Positions 48,301 to 59,337 are shown, numbered from the whole stretch's first letter. The stretch: DNA of 59,337 nucleotides, filler included, from Nemertoderma westbladi (GCA_032718475.1; 3 parts of 3 records of this genome joined end to end with filler, not necessarily neighbours in it), one strand, 5' to 3'. Notes: a model not told the origin generated them from the letters alone. Made by a program: numbers and translations.

Positions 48301-51300
48301 GTATATCTCATCGTATGGCGGAGGCGGACTGCTATCCTGTGCGACGCTGGCGATATCGCTGCTCGAAGTATCGCTGCCAACTCGACCCGCGCTGTACTTG
48401 TGGCGGTCGGAATTTCTACTCGGTAGTCGAACACCGCGCCGATGTATGTCTAAACTGCGGGGACGAACAACGGGGCCATCATCCGACGCATCCACTCGTC
48501 TGGATTGGTTTCTCAGTTGTCGGCAATCGTCAGTTCTTTCTAACGCAGCCAACAATTCGTCCTGAGTTTCAGGATTTCGCCTCGTTTGGGGTGGAGCCAC
48601 GCTCGGAGTTGCCTCAAACTCGATCTCATTGCTTGAACTCGCTGAGTCGGCCTGGAAGGAGAGTGGGGGTGGCGAATCTAGAAAGGAATCAGAGTAGTTG
48701 TTGGGCTGAAACGTTAATGAACCAATGTCGTAAAATAACGCATTGTCCGAACCACTTCTTTCTCTCTCGATTACGTTTTGCGTTTTGTCTTGTGCATCGG
48801 GATTTAGGACAGCACCAGAACCAATGACTAACACACCATTTCGCACACCATTTTTTGAAGTTCCATTATTAACACAGCCGACAAAGTCACTATGTGAATC
48901 TATTAGAACCGGTGTCAACACATCAATATTTTCAGGGGGTTTGTTAGCACGATTATTCGTGCTATGATCCATATCACTACATAGTATTTGCTTTTGCTTT
49001 GGAATTGGAATTGCACTGATTTCGTCTGCATCGTGGATATAATTAGCACTTAGAATACCGGTACCAGTATTGTCTGATAGAAGGAATGAGTCCTCAATGT
49101 TGCTTACCATTATGGATTCAGTTTGTATTAGATTTTGAGATGATTTACTGTCATCTAACATTGGTGGAGATTCCACTGGAGTTACATTTCCTGTAAAATC
49201 GCCAAGTTTTTTATCACTTTGATCGGCTCTAGATGAGTTACTGGAATCACCAGGTTCAGCTGCGACAGAGATCCCATGTGTCCGAGAGTCAACATCCACC
49301 GATTGGCTACTGACCTCGGTATCTCCAATTCGAGAATAAATATTTACGGAATTGTCTCCCGGTTCTTGTTCATTACTTTGTATCCAAGGATCACTTTGCT
49401 CCAATGTAGCGTAATTGTTACGGAGATGCTCCTGTTCACGATTCAGAGCCTCCTGACACTCAGATTGCTCCACAGTCTCAATAGAATTCGCGTCAACATG
49501 TTGGCCACCAATATTTTCCAATTGACCACATTTCTCCGGTGAAAAACAATAGTGGGCTGAATCATAAGCAGCAGGCTTTATGGAACTGTCGGTCTCAGTC
49601 ATTGTTATTTCCGGGTCATCAGAAACTCCGCTATCACTGTCGTTGCTGACGCCACTGTCACATGGCGCGTTCACAACTCCGATGTCATAATTATCGTCAC
49701 CGGCGGCACCATCAAAATTATATTCGTGGTTCTCAACCAACTGAAGAGGTTGAATTCCATCAGAGTCTAAAGAATCCGAAAATCTGTGACCCAAGTTGCT
49801 ACATGTTGGTTCGTGTCCCGCCGTCGGAGATCCTTCGAATGAATTACTCGTGTCATCAAGATGAGATTCGTTTAAATTAGATTCACACTGCGGCGGACCT
49901 ATTGTTGTAGAAGATTCCAGTTCTAAGAAGTTGTTTTTATTTTGGTCGCAAGAGTTCACTGATTTGTCTATAACGGTTGAATCAAGGATTGACGATTCGT
50001 GCGGATTTGAAGGGTCGCGCGGAAATATAGATTCTTCTGTAGTTGCTGGTTCCTTTAAGAGTAGCTGATCTAGTTCATCAGTTATTGTAATGTCAGGTTC
50101 AGAATATAATTTTGGAGCAGGTTCACTGCGAATTGTATTTTCCAGTTCCGGGTAGACATTAGGTCCAGGTTCATTAAACATTTCAGGTTTTGTTTCCGAA
50201 TATATCGTTCGTGCTGGTTCACTAGTAAAGGTAGAATTCGTATGGAGTTTGGATTCGTCTAGTTGATAAGTTGGCTGAAGGATTGAAGGTCCTGTAATAA
50301 TTTCATGTTCGCTGAAGATTCCAGATATCGGCAGGTTTGAATTATTATTTGGAATGACTCCAGGAACCTGAGGGGCTGTTGGGCTTCCTATGCTAGACTG
50401 CGTCTGTCCGATTGGAATCTCTTTACTCCTTCCAATCAACCTAAAACGTTCGGATTCTCCTACAAATGTCGGTTCCTGAGTGCTAGTCACAGGTTGACCC
50501 CTGGAAATCGAACCACTAGATAATATATTGGCAACGGATGGATCACCACCGATAACATAATTCTGAGAATGAGCAGTAACAAAAGGGGACAAGTTGCCGA
50601 CGGGATGTTTATCCAATGGAGAAGTGTCTGCGATGGAGGGTATAGTGGAAGATATTGTAGACAATGGTTTGTCTGCTGTGTCTACTACTACAGGAACAAA
50701 CACTGTAGCTAATGGGTTGATTTTAGGTTTAGTGCTTCGATCGGGGATCCTAGGTGCGGATGTCTGACGGATGTTGGGTTGTATATATTTATCAGAGACT
50801 AAATTATCAACCAAACTCGGGTTAACTATACCAGATGACAAATTACTACCAAAACTGGATTTGTAAGTATTATAACTTTCTAACGATCTATTCTCTGTTT
50901 TTGGAGTAATAAAATCAAGCCGTGAAGTTGTAAAATCTAGATTTGATTCAGCCGCATTAAGTTTCGATTCGGAAATATCCAACGTAATTCCAGCAATATC
51001 GGCATCATCGTCACAGAGATTGAGCGATTGTATCATTGACATATTTGTGCGAACTAATTGCAATTGGCGCTCCAAATCAATGTCACTAAGATTATGGTTG
51101 TTGTCAATTGTTACAGTCGAGGGCAGAGGGTCAGCAAAATGTGGAGAAGTATTGACATTGGGAAAATTAATAACATTACCGGTACTTGAACACGCAAATA
51201 TTCCATTGGAGATATCGTCGGGTTTGCGGGGAAACATATTGAATTCGGTGGTGGTCACGGTGGCCCCGGGCGGTTCTCGGTTATTGCGTGGGGGAGTTCG

Positions 51301-51570
51301 AGGACGCACCATTCCTCTTTGCGGTGTCGACATCATGGGTACTGGAGAGAGGGTTGTGGTGGGCGGTGGCGTCTGTAGATCCGTTTGCCGTTTAATCGTA
51401 TGGACCGGTTTTGAACGACGATCTGGAATTATAGGTGGGGGTCTTTTTGGGGCCACGCGGGAAGATATATCAGTCTTTTTACCTTCCTGATGGCTCATTA
51501 CAGATGGATTACAAATGTTATCTTTAGGTTTAATCTTCTTCTTTGTATCCATTACAACATACCAGCACAT
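45334..51570 (-). CDS. ZFYVE9: SARA/endofin family zinc finger FYVE protein, single coding exon
   Basis: FYVE domain (WIPD...CMKC...RRHHCRACG...RVCGLC); Smad-binding-type PMEYCSMVSP; PP1 motif RVRF; conserved C-terminal region (GMHAVGQDEI, WEVPWARLFPLRLLLRLG, IVEDGVMVQ, IRWTEVYFL, LDSALIPVVH). The true start may be the Met at 51552. Confidence 0.93.
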   Translation of the reverse strand: MCWYVVMDTKKKIKPKDNICNPSVMSHQEGKKTDISSRVAPKRPPPIIPDRRSKPVHTIKRQTDLQTPPPTTTLSPVPMMSTPQRGMVRPRTPPRNNREPPGATVTTTEFNMFPRKPDDISNGIFACSSTGNVINFPNVNTSPHFADPLPSTVTIDNNHNLSDIDLERQLQLVRTNMSMIQSLNLCDDDADIAGITLDISESKLNAAESNLDFTTSRLDFITPKTENRSLESYNTYKSSFGSNLSSGIVNPSLVDNLVSDKYIQPNIRQTSAPRIPDRSTKPKINPLATVFVPVVVDTADKPLSTISSTIPSIADTSPLDKHPVGNLSPFVTAHSQNYVIGGDPSVANILSSGSISRGQPVTSTQEPTFVGESERFRLIGRSKEIPIGQTQSSIGSPTAPQVPGVIPNNNSNLPISGIFSEHEIITGPSILQPTYQLDESKLHTNSTFTSEPARTIYSETKPEMFNEPGPNVYPELENTIRSEPAPKLYSEPDITITDELDQLLLKEPATTEESIFPRDPSNPHESSILDSTVIDKSVNSCDQNKNNFLELESSTTIGPPQCESNLNESHLDDTSNSFEGSPTAGHEPTCSNLGHRFSDSLDSDGIQPLQLVENHEYNFDGAAGDDNYDIGVVNAPCDSGVSNDSDSGVSDDPEITMTETDSSIKPAAYDSAHYCFSPEKCGQLENIGGQHVDANSIETVEQSECQEALNREQEHLRNNYATLEQSDPWIQSNEQEPGDNSVNIYSRIGDTEVSSQSVDVDSRTHGISVAAEPGDSSNSSRADQSDKKLGDFTGNVTPVESPPMLDDSKSSQNLIQTESIMVSNIEDSFLLSDNTGTGILSANYIHDADEISAIPIPKQKQILCSDMDHSTNNRANKPPENIDVLTPVLIDSHSDFVGCVNNGTSKNGVRNGVLVIGSGAVLNPDAQDKTQNVIERERSGSDNALFYDIGSLTFQPNNYSDSFLDSPPPLSFQADSASSSNEIEFEATPSVAPPQTRRNPETQDELLAALERTDDCRQLRNQSRRVDASDDGPVVRPRSLDIHRRGVRLPSRNSDRHKYSAGRVGSDTSSSDIASVAQDSSPPPPYDEIYNARSRTAVPTEPSTHHLIEYGEIAGRSKIVAFDKVPINIFSPYEDSNSATSNPPVGVINSTVKDSSHSYTVENSNVNNSPVTPTPPFRPYVGPKPTNQSLPGMPESITGEHDPISDSEDSVGCRAPRWIPDAEAPICMKCGRRFTITKRRHHCRACGGVYCSLCCLYKTKLVFMDNREGRVCGLCFDKLGRSKARPDFRKPMEYCSMVSPMTLAKSQAKPPLQLTVNVPKFNPNPGDSFIWGDQRRDGATRAESIGIGVEGIASGGNVQEDIAVAPGEAVSSTAAVEQRGVVGIPDESNSKPQTNTDRFVVTSLVSTDVTKSSPSVTGPAPPAVPTAPSAAPPVVPTAPSDRGTGIGTAVPETPRRVRFADGLAPGSDLTEETSPSILRFLRDIECGIGGSQTLSRVLDRVPQWPATSTNLPPIKLPPVGPPGNISMETDLSRIRTSATELLSCNSESVTFCLTMNLYVTICRLAAPCGTNCWCYRSDGMHAVGQDEIVIVVTMEIGESLPPVEVLHYMYEVYEAVGSGRVAPLVEFSVYPEQSSALVQQPLASFAAFTFVRAVASRPPFPVPQPPYLVGLGVQKWEVPWARLFPLRLLLRLGHDASVGTPPSSPAYPAFPRYPYPWVTHRHRRPVYAELGRTIVKLLADFTGFQFTLVRVPGSRLLMGQRQTTLYLPTRAYADVMRAVSSSNDHVLKLAAGLAVDWEASETQTPSDSQLPTPDSQLPTPDSHLVCVQTDEGDYQTRVFARSPDQPRCLTAGSFIVFNSSGLSPTMTAYSTIVEDGVMVQVTPDTMETVRSSLHAMRDADIECRLREGPTDGGESVRIRWVETTGCWTNRGVVSQVDGRGLDGIPSRRVRQPPLESRGNGYAIRWTEVYFLRTDCEEVRKAVGIDVDNFSESLARAFCGAVKHNLMLLHDDGLRCLGLRVTIETDSINYSAGCRGTQLPGLYLDDLDSALIPVVHGAAGQHEGGPLQIELLFHILLIN

Positions 51571-53919
51571 TGATTATCCATTATCCAACATTTTTCATTT
51601 CAAAAATATAATTTAACGATATACAATTTAAAAAAATGTTATTATTAGCTGATATTACATAATGATCAAATAATTGACGGGTGCTTAGATCGTGACTTTC
51701 AGCTTTTCCAGTTTTATTCCATGTTGTATAAAACAAGTAATGTAGGCCTAGTTGGAGAAAGCTGCTACTTAGCAGTCACCAGTCGAGTTTAACACCGAGT
51801 CAATGAGAATGGAATATTGGTAACTTGTAAAAGTTCAGGTGGTACCTTTATTCCAAATGGTATTATACACGGCAGCACGGAGTTAATGTAGAATGGAATA
51901 TTGGATAGACCTATAATTACGCTATATAAATTTGAGTACGCTCTACCGTAGTAGCGTAGTACAATCGCAATCGGTTGCTATATGACTGCAGGACTGATGA
52001 CTCTTAAATAAAATGTTACATTGTATTTAAGACAGTAAGATGTGAATAGATTTCGGAACGTGAAAATTGTAATATTAAATAAGCGACACAGTAGGTACCG
52101 CGGTACCGGTACCGGTACGTATAAAAGGTTCTAATTTAGGAACTGGTAATAGTTTTTATACAATTTTAAATCGCTTGTAGAAGAAAACCGGCTGGTGAAA
52201 TGTTTTTTAGTATTTTGCATTAAGTTAAAGGAAGACCTAACTTATTCACCTCAATAACTTGCAACTTATTTGCTTCACCTCAATAAACTATCTTGTACTC
52301 TTGCACTCCCTCAATTTCTGGAAATAATTATACTTGAAAATAAAACAGCTGTAATCCCCATACCCCATTGCCATTCCATTATTGTTTTTAATTAGTTGAA
52401 GTGATTTGCTTTAAGAAATGTGTTTTCAATTGATCTAAACGTAATTAAGTTATCAAAATGCAGAAATACCCCGGTTCAGTATATCTATATTTCCATTCAG
52501 TACCATTCCTACATAACAGCATAAAGACATATAATGAAAATAATTTCATCCCGTTTTTCATTACGGCCTACGCTTACTAGAAACAATTTGGTTGAATCTC
52601 TTAACACGCGTTTTGCTTTTCTCAGTCTTTCTAAATTTTGAATTTCGACACAAATTCGATTTTTCTTCTGTCACACCGTTTCTCAAACTTTAATGCCACC
52701 TTGCCGCCTTGTGGTGATGTTCAGGTTCACGTTGTCAAATTTTATCCAGTACGGTATCTGTTACCTGGTTACATACTCATCCATCTGTCCATTAACATTT
52801 TTAACAACATATCATATAGGCCTACATTCTGACATTTCGTCGACTAATGTTTATAAATCATCACAACTCGACAAGGGTAAGCAAGCAGTAAGCAATTTTG
52901 AAGTAATCTACAATGACAGGACAGTTGTTGCCAAAAATGGCAACCATTATTTTTCTTTAATTCTAATGGTTGCCAAAAATGGCAATAATTATTTTAGGCA
53001 CATTTCGGCCTATTGCTAAGAGAAATTCAGACGATGATTTTTTTCTTATACGGTCAATTATATTTAAATTTCGCGCTCTCTTCACTTACCTATTTACCAA
53101 AATGCGATTTTGCTTCTGGGCGTGCGAAAATTAGAAAAACCAAAAGTTGCCAGATTTGGCAATAAACATTGCCATATGTGGCAACTTTTGAGGTTGCCAG
53201 ATTTGGCCATTGTACCTAACTGTAATATTTCTTACAAATTGGGTCGCCTCTATGCCTAAAATTCAATATTTCCTGTTAACACCTGCCTTTCATCAATCCT
53301 CTGTGCGAGTGCGCCTTTGGGTTGGCGTGTTTAGAATAAGAGGGGGGCTGAAGGGGGGGGGGACTTTCCTCTCTTCGTTTATTTATTCACGCTGCGCGAA
53401 GGCCCCTACAGCCCTAAGAAGAATGCACCTATCTACCCGCAATATATCTACGGGTTTCCTGAGTAATTAAAAATTAATTTTCATTATTTAATTAAGCGAC
53501 CGGGTACGGGTACCGGTACTTTAATTAATTAATTCTAAAATTGTAATTTTTATATAAATTTTAAACCATGCAGTCATGCAGCAACTGTTTAATTTTTTAT
53601 TTACTATACAGCTATAAAACATACTGTCTGACTGTAGCAGCATAGTAGTAATAGTCAGTCTATACTCTATACCGGTACCTACTTTATTGCAATTACAGAA
53701 TCACACGTGCAACTCCACACTCAGATAATATACTGATATACCGACGTACAGACGTATATTCAATTCATACCAGCATATACTGATATACTTCAACTGCGCA
53801 TACTGTCATATGAATTAATTCATCTACGGAATTCGAATAGGTACCCACTTCGCCACTTGTATGACTTGAACACCTGAACACTGATTCTTCACCTTGTCGT
53901 ATTAGGCATCGCGGATACA

Positions 53920-54434
53920 TGACCGAACGTAATCAGGATCGAATGTAACATAGTTATTATGTATCGAACGTAGCCGCATTTATGTTACATTGGATCCTAT
54001 TGCCTATACCGGTCTGCCGGTAACTATGTTACATTCGATCTACAAATTACTAAGCCCGAATGTAACATTGCTATTTCTGTATTTAAAGGAGTAGGTTACA
54101 GAGGCGTGTTGGGCATTGGGGGAACCAAAAGAATAAACGAAAGTTAACACATGTTACAAGATTATGCAGGTTAGCCTACTTTTATTTAAAGGAGCAGGTT
54201 ACAGAGGCGCGTTGGGGGAACCAAAACAATAAACCAAAGTTAACACATGTTACAAGATTATGCAGGTTACTTAATGGGTCTTGCATCTTGGGTCTTTGTT
54301 TCTGTGTTTTGTACTCACCAAACAGTTTCTTCCTGTAAATAAACGAAGCATTTCATCGGTTAACTCCTGAAATCAAAACACAACTGAAATAAATGTATGT
54401 TACATTCGGGCTTAGTAATTTGTAGATCGAATGC
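53920..54434. repeat. Small inverted-repeat element (ATGTTACATTCG motifs) with an internal ~100-bp duplication
   Basis: 54032-54068 is the reverse complement of 54397-54434; TATTTAAAGGAG...GCAGGTTA is duplicated. Confidence 0.65.
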
Positions 54435-54730
54435 GGTCCTACGAATTACCGCAAAAGACCGCAAAATACCAAAAAATACCGCAAAAGACCGCAAAGTACC
54501 GCAAAATACCACAAAATACCGCAAAAGACCACAAAATACCACAAAATACAGCAAAAGACCACAAAAGACCGCAAAAGACCACAAAAGACCGCAAAAGACC
54601 ACAATAAGAAAGAGAAGGCATGAATATACGGCAAGACGAATTACCGCAAAAGACTGCAAAAGACCGCAAAAGACACCAAAAGACCGCAAAAGACACCAAA
54701 AGACCGCAAAATACACCAAAAGACCGCAAA
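54434..54730 (+). repeat. 10-bp minisatellite (ACCGCAAAAG)n, probable subterminal array of the Mutator element's left end
   Basis: GCGGTCCTACGAATTACCGC followed by about two dozen degenerate 9-10-bp units. Confidence 0.8.
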
Positions 54731-55430
54731 ATACTATTATTACATACAGTAAGTAGGCCTATGACTGTATGGATGCTGGTGATGGTCAGTTAGGTGTCTG
54801 TGTGTGTCTTGTCAGCTGGTGCCTGGTCAGGGTCACATGACTTCATGATGATCAGTAATCTATCATGCTGTTAATATACCGGCTGACCGGTAATTGCAAA
54901 TTGAAAGTGAATGAAATATAAGCCCTATGCAGCTAGGTTTTAATTTCCATACAGCCTGATAGTATTAATCTGGAATATTTTTTTATTTTTTTTATTTTAT
55001 AGGCCTACAATATATATTTATATATATATATATATTATATTGTAAATACAGAAACATGCTGTATGTATGTATGGTAGTCCTGTAGTCTTAGTCTCCATGG
55101 AAAGATGGACCGACCGTCTTACAGTCTTATGCAAACTATTTATACTCATGTACAGTATGTACAGTACATGCAGAGACACACACACTCATAATTACTGAAT
55201 TAGGCCAGGTACATCAGGGGTAGGGCCTAGGGATTGATTACTCTGTATGTTATAGGCGGTTAGGCCTATCTAATCATAATCATAATAATAATTATTTGAT
55301 TGGCAATTATCGATATCATTGGAATTTTACCTTCATTATATCAAAGGTGTATATTTGATTTGATTGATGTCCTTTAGTACCTTATTAATTGATTATTCTG
55401 ATGCTTTTCAATTAAGGATGATTAAAAAAC

Positions 55431-58318
55431 ATGCCTCAACCTAAGCTGAAGTTTCCCTGTGGGAAATGTGGGAAAAACTGTAAGCAAAATGTAGTAGAAT
55501 GTGGATATTGCAATAAATGGTTTCACAGTCGCTGTGAAAATTTATCAGCAGACAATCTTAAATTGTTGGAAGAAATCACCGATGTTTACTGTTGTTCTTT
55601 TTGTGTGAAAAACGAGAACGGGAAATTTAATTATGCGACGTCCTTACAGCGGTTGACAGTTGCTGCCAGAAATGGTTTTTTAACGTTATCCACTGCTGTA
55701 ACAGCAGAAACATTATTTATGAGAAACTTTCCATTTGCCCATCACCCGCTTCTATACCATTCTCATTACAACGAATCCTTTCATTCTATTGATATTGGTG
55801 CCCAAAAACTTATTGATGAATATGTTAGACCCCCAGAACCTTTGTGTGCTGTTGTGGTTGGTGGCGATGGTAATTGTCTATTTAATTCGTTATCAATGCT
55901 GATTAATGGTTCAGAAGATCTGAGTACTGAATTGCGAGTTAGAACTGCCATTGAGATGGTGAAGTTTGGTGACTACTATGTTCGAGCCAATACTATTGGT
56001 GAAATGGGATTGGATAGCACTATGGAAGAGCATATGGATTACAAGTCTTTGTGTATTTCTTGTTCTCAGTTGGGTAACTTTTCATCTGCTTGGATGATAT
56101 TTTCTTTAGCATCTGTATTAGGTACCACTATTAGATCTGTATTCCCACCTGTGAATGGTTTAATGGATAGATCAGTTAGAATTCTTAATCGTGATTTCAA
56201 ACCAAGACAATATGCCCAATGTAGAACTAGAGATGTGTTCGTAATTATGTGGTGTGGGTCCAGCTGTGGGCGACTGAATTGGAAACCAAATCATTTTGTG
56301 CCTCTTATAAGGGCATCAGACCCAATTATTGTTGATGTATCTGTTGATGTATCTGTTGATAACAATGAAGAAATGTTACAGCCAGTGACCTCAACCCCGG
56401 TATCTGTTGATAACAATGAAGAAATGTTACAGCCAATGACCTCAACACCGGTAAAGGTTGTTGTAGACTATCGAAATGAGCATCCATGTAAGATATTTGG
56501 TCGTTATAATCATCAAGAGGTTGAAAATAAAAAGACAATTAGGGCTATAGATGGAAATTTACAGAAGGTTGAAAAGCCTATTTGTCTTAGTATGGATGCA
56601 AGTCCATCAGATGTTGTAGAACAGACAGCTGAGCAAGTTGATTGTCCCACTAATATGTTTGATAAGCTTCCTTTCCCTGAAACTTTCTTGAGTATCGATG
56701 AAATAATTCGTGAACTTTCCATTAACTCTAAGAGAATAGTGTATGATTGTATACCATATGGCCGGAAAGAAAACGTATTTTTTGTAATCAATAATGAGAA
56801 CAACACGGATCGGATACAACGGGGATTGCGCTGCAACTTCTCTGACGATTGTGGTGTATGGGACTCAAAGAATGGAAGAACAACTACTACTTATTATGTT
56901 TTAGAAGTAATAGATTCCCGGAATACGTTTAAGGCTGTACAGATAAAGGACGGTATGTATGGTACAATGGTTACAAAAGACGGAAAACTGGTATTCTGCC
57001 CTCTGGTAACCCAACCTTCTTATGATAAAATTGTTAGCGTCCGAAGATATTATTCTAAATTAAAAAATGACAATTCTTATAGAAGGCGCATAACCTCTAT
57101 AGACTGTGCTCAAGGTAGTCTCGATATTCGGTTGAAGGTATGTATTGCTGAATATAGTGGTACTTTTAAAGGGTTAAGCCCTCATGGCAATCGCAAGCGT
57201 GCTTATGGAGAAGAGGGATATTTACGTACTCCACCAGAGGTAATGGAGAAGGTCGGTGCCGAGGTTAAGAAAAATATCCTTCCTAGGAGGATATACCAAG
57301 AAATGGTTCAAGATGATTCCTTTATGGCACCGAAATCCTTCAAACAAGTTCGCGATAAAAGGCAAAAGGACAAAGTTAAAGATGTTTTGGATGGTGGTCC
57401 TAATCCGTTAAAGAATGTTGCAGACGAGGTAGTGGGTGTAATATCACAAATTAACGACAATCCATTTGTGCAAGAGATTATAACAAAGAAAAATAAACCA
57501 CCAATTGTTATTTTATATTCTGAAGACCAGATTTTGGATTTAACCAAACATGTAGCTGAAAGTGATACCAATAAAGACTTTGTAGTAGGCATGGATAGAA
57601 CCTTCAATCTTGGGGCGACCTACGTGACAACAACGACGTATAAGAATCATACTGTGTTCAGCAGAGAAACATCAGAATTCCCAATATTTTTAGGTCCTAT
57701 GTTACTCCATTGGGATGGAGACTTTGAAACTTACTCTTCATTTACATCTCATTTGAAAACAAAGTTTGTAAATCCGAACTTGATCTTTGAAATCAAACTT
57801 GGCTCTGACCAAGAAAAGGGATTGACTAAGGCACTTAAATCAACATTTCCCAACGGACAACTTGTATTGTGCAGTATGCACTTGAAAGATAACGTTGGAC
57901 GTTATCTAAGTAACAAGGTTGGATGTCCTACTATAGACAGGGGGGCTATAATAGATATTGTGTTTGGGGAAGAAGGAGTAGCAAAAAGTACAGACACTTT
58001 TACTTTCGAAACTAGGATGAGATTGTTACAGCCATATTTCAGTACATATCCCGTTTTCGAAACGTATTTCAATAGTTATGTAAAGGAGGTTCTCTATGAT
58101 TTTGTGTGTATCCCATACCAGAGGGGCTTGTCAGATACTCTTTGGACAAATAATAATTGTGAATCGTTAAATAACGTGTTGAAACTAGTAGGCGATTGGA
58201 AACCTAAAAAATTACCAGAACTGGTAGAAAATTTATCGAGTGTGACGAAGTTACAAATGCTAGATTTGCGTCGAGCTTTATATGGGAGTGGGAACTACGT
58301 ATTGGCTCCGAGCTATAG
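55431..58318 (+). CDS. PHD finger - OTU (vertnin-like) - Mutator/MULE DDE transposase fusion, exon 1
   Basis: PHD CGKC...CGYCNKWFHSRC...CSFC; OTU GDGNCLFNSLS...NHFVPL; MULE VGMDRTFNLG, GSDQEKGL, LCSMH, TNNNCESLN. Confidence 0.9.
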
Positions 58319-58505
58319 GTGTGTAGTTCTATATTATTTGAGATTTAACAAATTCCATTGATCCAAAATCAAAAGTACAAAATTTAGTGCTGTTGATTGT
58401 CCTTCCTTGATAGTCGCTTATTGTTTTGACAATGACCAGGAGAGAGTATTTGATTATTTTTATTAGAGGTATCTCCAATATTATAGAACTCCACTTTTTA
58501 ATTAG

Positions 58506-58731
58506 GAAATACAGAATTTCTCGTTTAACTTGGTTTACTAAATCTAGTGCAGACAAGGATTGTTATTTCAAGAACTTTCTTGAGCGAAAATTCGCTCAGC
58601 CCCAAAGTGATACAGTGCGTTCAAGTAGTGTTAATTTTACCATGCCTAAACCCACGCAGGGCCGTGTTGCAAAAAAACCATGCCAAAGAAGACGAGTTAA
58701 AAGTGAAAGAGTAAGTGAAAGAAATAAATAA
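58506..58731 (+). CDS. PHD-OTU-MULE transposase, predicted exon 2 (basic C-terminus)
   Basis: A GT..AG intron at 58319-58505 gives in-frame SYR|KYRISRLTW...VAKKPCQRRRVKSER; the spliced protein is 1037 aa. Confidence 0.7.
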
Positions 58732-58747
58732 TAGGAAGAGTGAATAG

Positions 58748-59337
58748 TATGCCTACACTTTTGATCTTTCTTAATGTTCTTTCTTATAGAACACTTTAGA
58801 AATATATTATTAGAAATTGAAATGCAATTGAAACTCATTATTAGAAAAGTGTTTGTATATGCCTACAGTACAATTTTGATCAGATACGTTAATTGTTCTT
58901 CCTTATAGAACACTTTAGAAATATATTATTAGAAATTGAAATGCAATTGAAACTCATTATTAGAAAAGTGTTTGTATATGCCTACAGTACAATTTTGATC
59001 AGATACGTTAATTGTTCTTCCTTATAGAACACTTTAGAAATATATTATTAGAAATTGAAATGCAATTGAAACTCATTATTAGAAAAGTGTTTGTATATGC
59101 CTACAGTACAATTTTGATCAGATACGTTAATTGTTCTTCCTTATAGAACACTTTAGAAATATATTATTAGAAATTGAAATGCAATTGAAACTCATTATTA
59201 GAAAAGTGTTTGTATATGCCTACAGTACAATTTTGATCAGATACGTTAATTGTTCTTCCTTATAGAACACTTTAGAAATATATTATTAGAAATTGAAATG
59301 CAATTGAAACTCATTATTAGAAAAGTGTTTGTATATG
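58748..59337. repeat. 119-bp tandem repeat array running off the window
   Basis: GCCTACAGTACAATTTTG at 58861, 58980, 59099 and 59218; these units look identical and are preceded by one diverged unit. Confidence 0.95.

Noticed and set aside
45338-51490. Antisense and alternative-frame ORFs overlapping SARA
   Set aside because: No recognisable motifs; expected in a long, partly GC-rich CDS.
54360-54756. Hydrophobic FAVFCG or basic KRPQKT ORFs
   Set aside because: Translations of the 10-bp minisatellite.
58748-59337. CRISPR-like array
   Set aside because: Head-to-tail identical units with no unique spacers, no cas genes and a eukaryotic context.

Overview
This is AT-rich eukaryotic DNA, most likely from an invertebrate, and it is almost entirely nested transposable elements around one host gene. 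The host gene is an intronless 2078-codon SARA/endofin (ZFYVE9/16 family) ORF at 45334-51570 (-). Retroelements: the 5' half of a BEL/Pao LTR element whose Gag ORF stays open off the left edge, a second BEL-like 5' fragment, a decayed CsRN1-clade Ty3/Gypsy element and two young RTE-like LINE insertions with TSDs. DNA elements: a full-length hATm transposon with an Academ element nested in its right arm, a DUF6589-like transposase pseudogene, several MITEs and an apparently intact PHD-OTU-Mutator transposase gene. There are also satellites and two artificial 100-bp assembly gaps. Best leads: (1) the BEL/Pao element has no tRNA primer-binding site; the 12 nt after its LTR are instead perfectly complementary to a 12-mer inside the LTR, the geometry of Tf1-type self-priming; (2) a Mutator transposase is fused to a PHD finger and an OTU-type protease domain; (3) the intronless SARA carries PTAP, PPxY, YPxL and RxxKP ESCRT-type motifs; (4) Tc1/mariner-type excision footprints appear to be scattered through the window. 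All family calls come from motif recognition by eye, not database searches.
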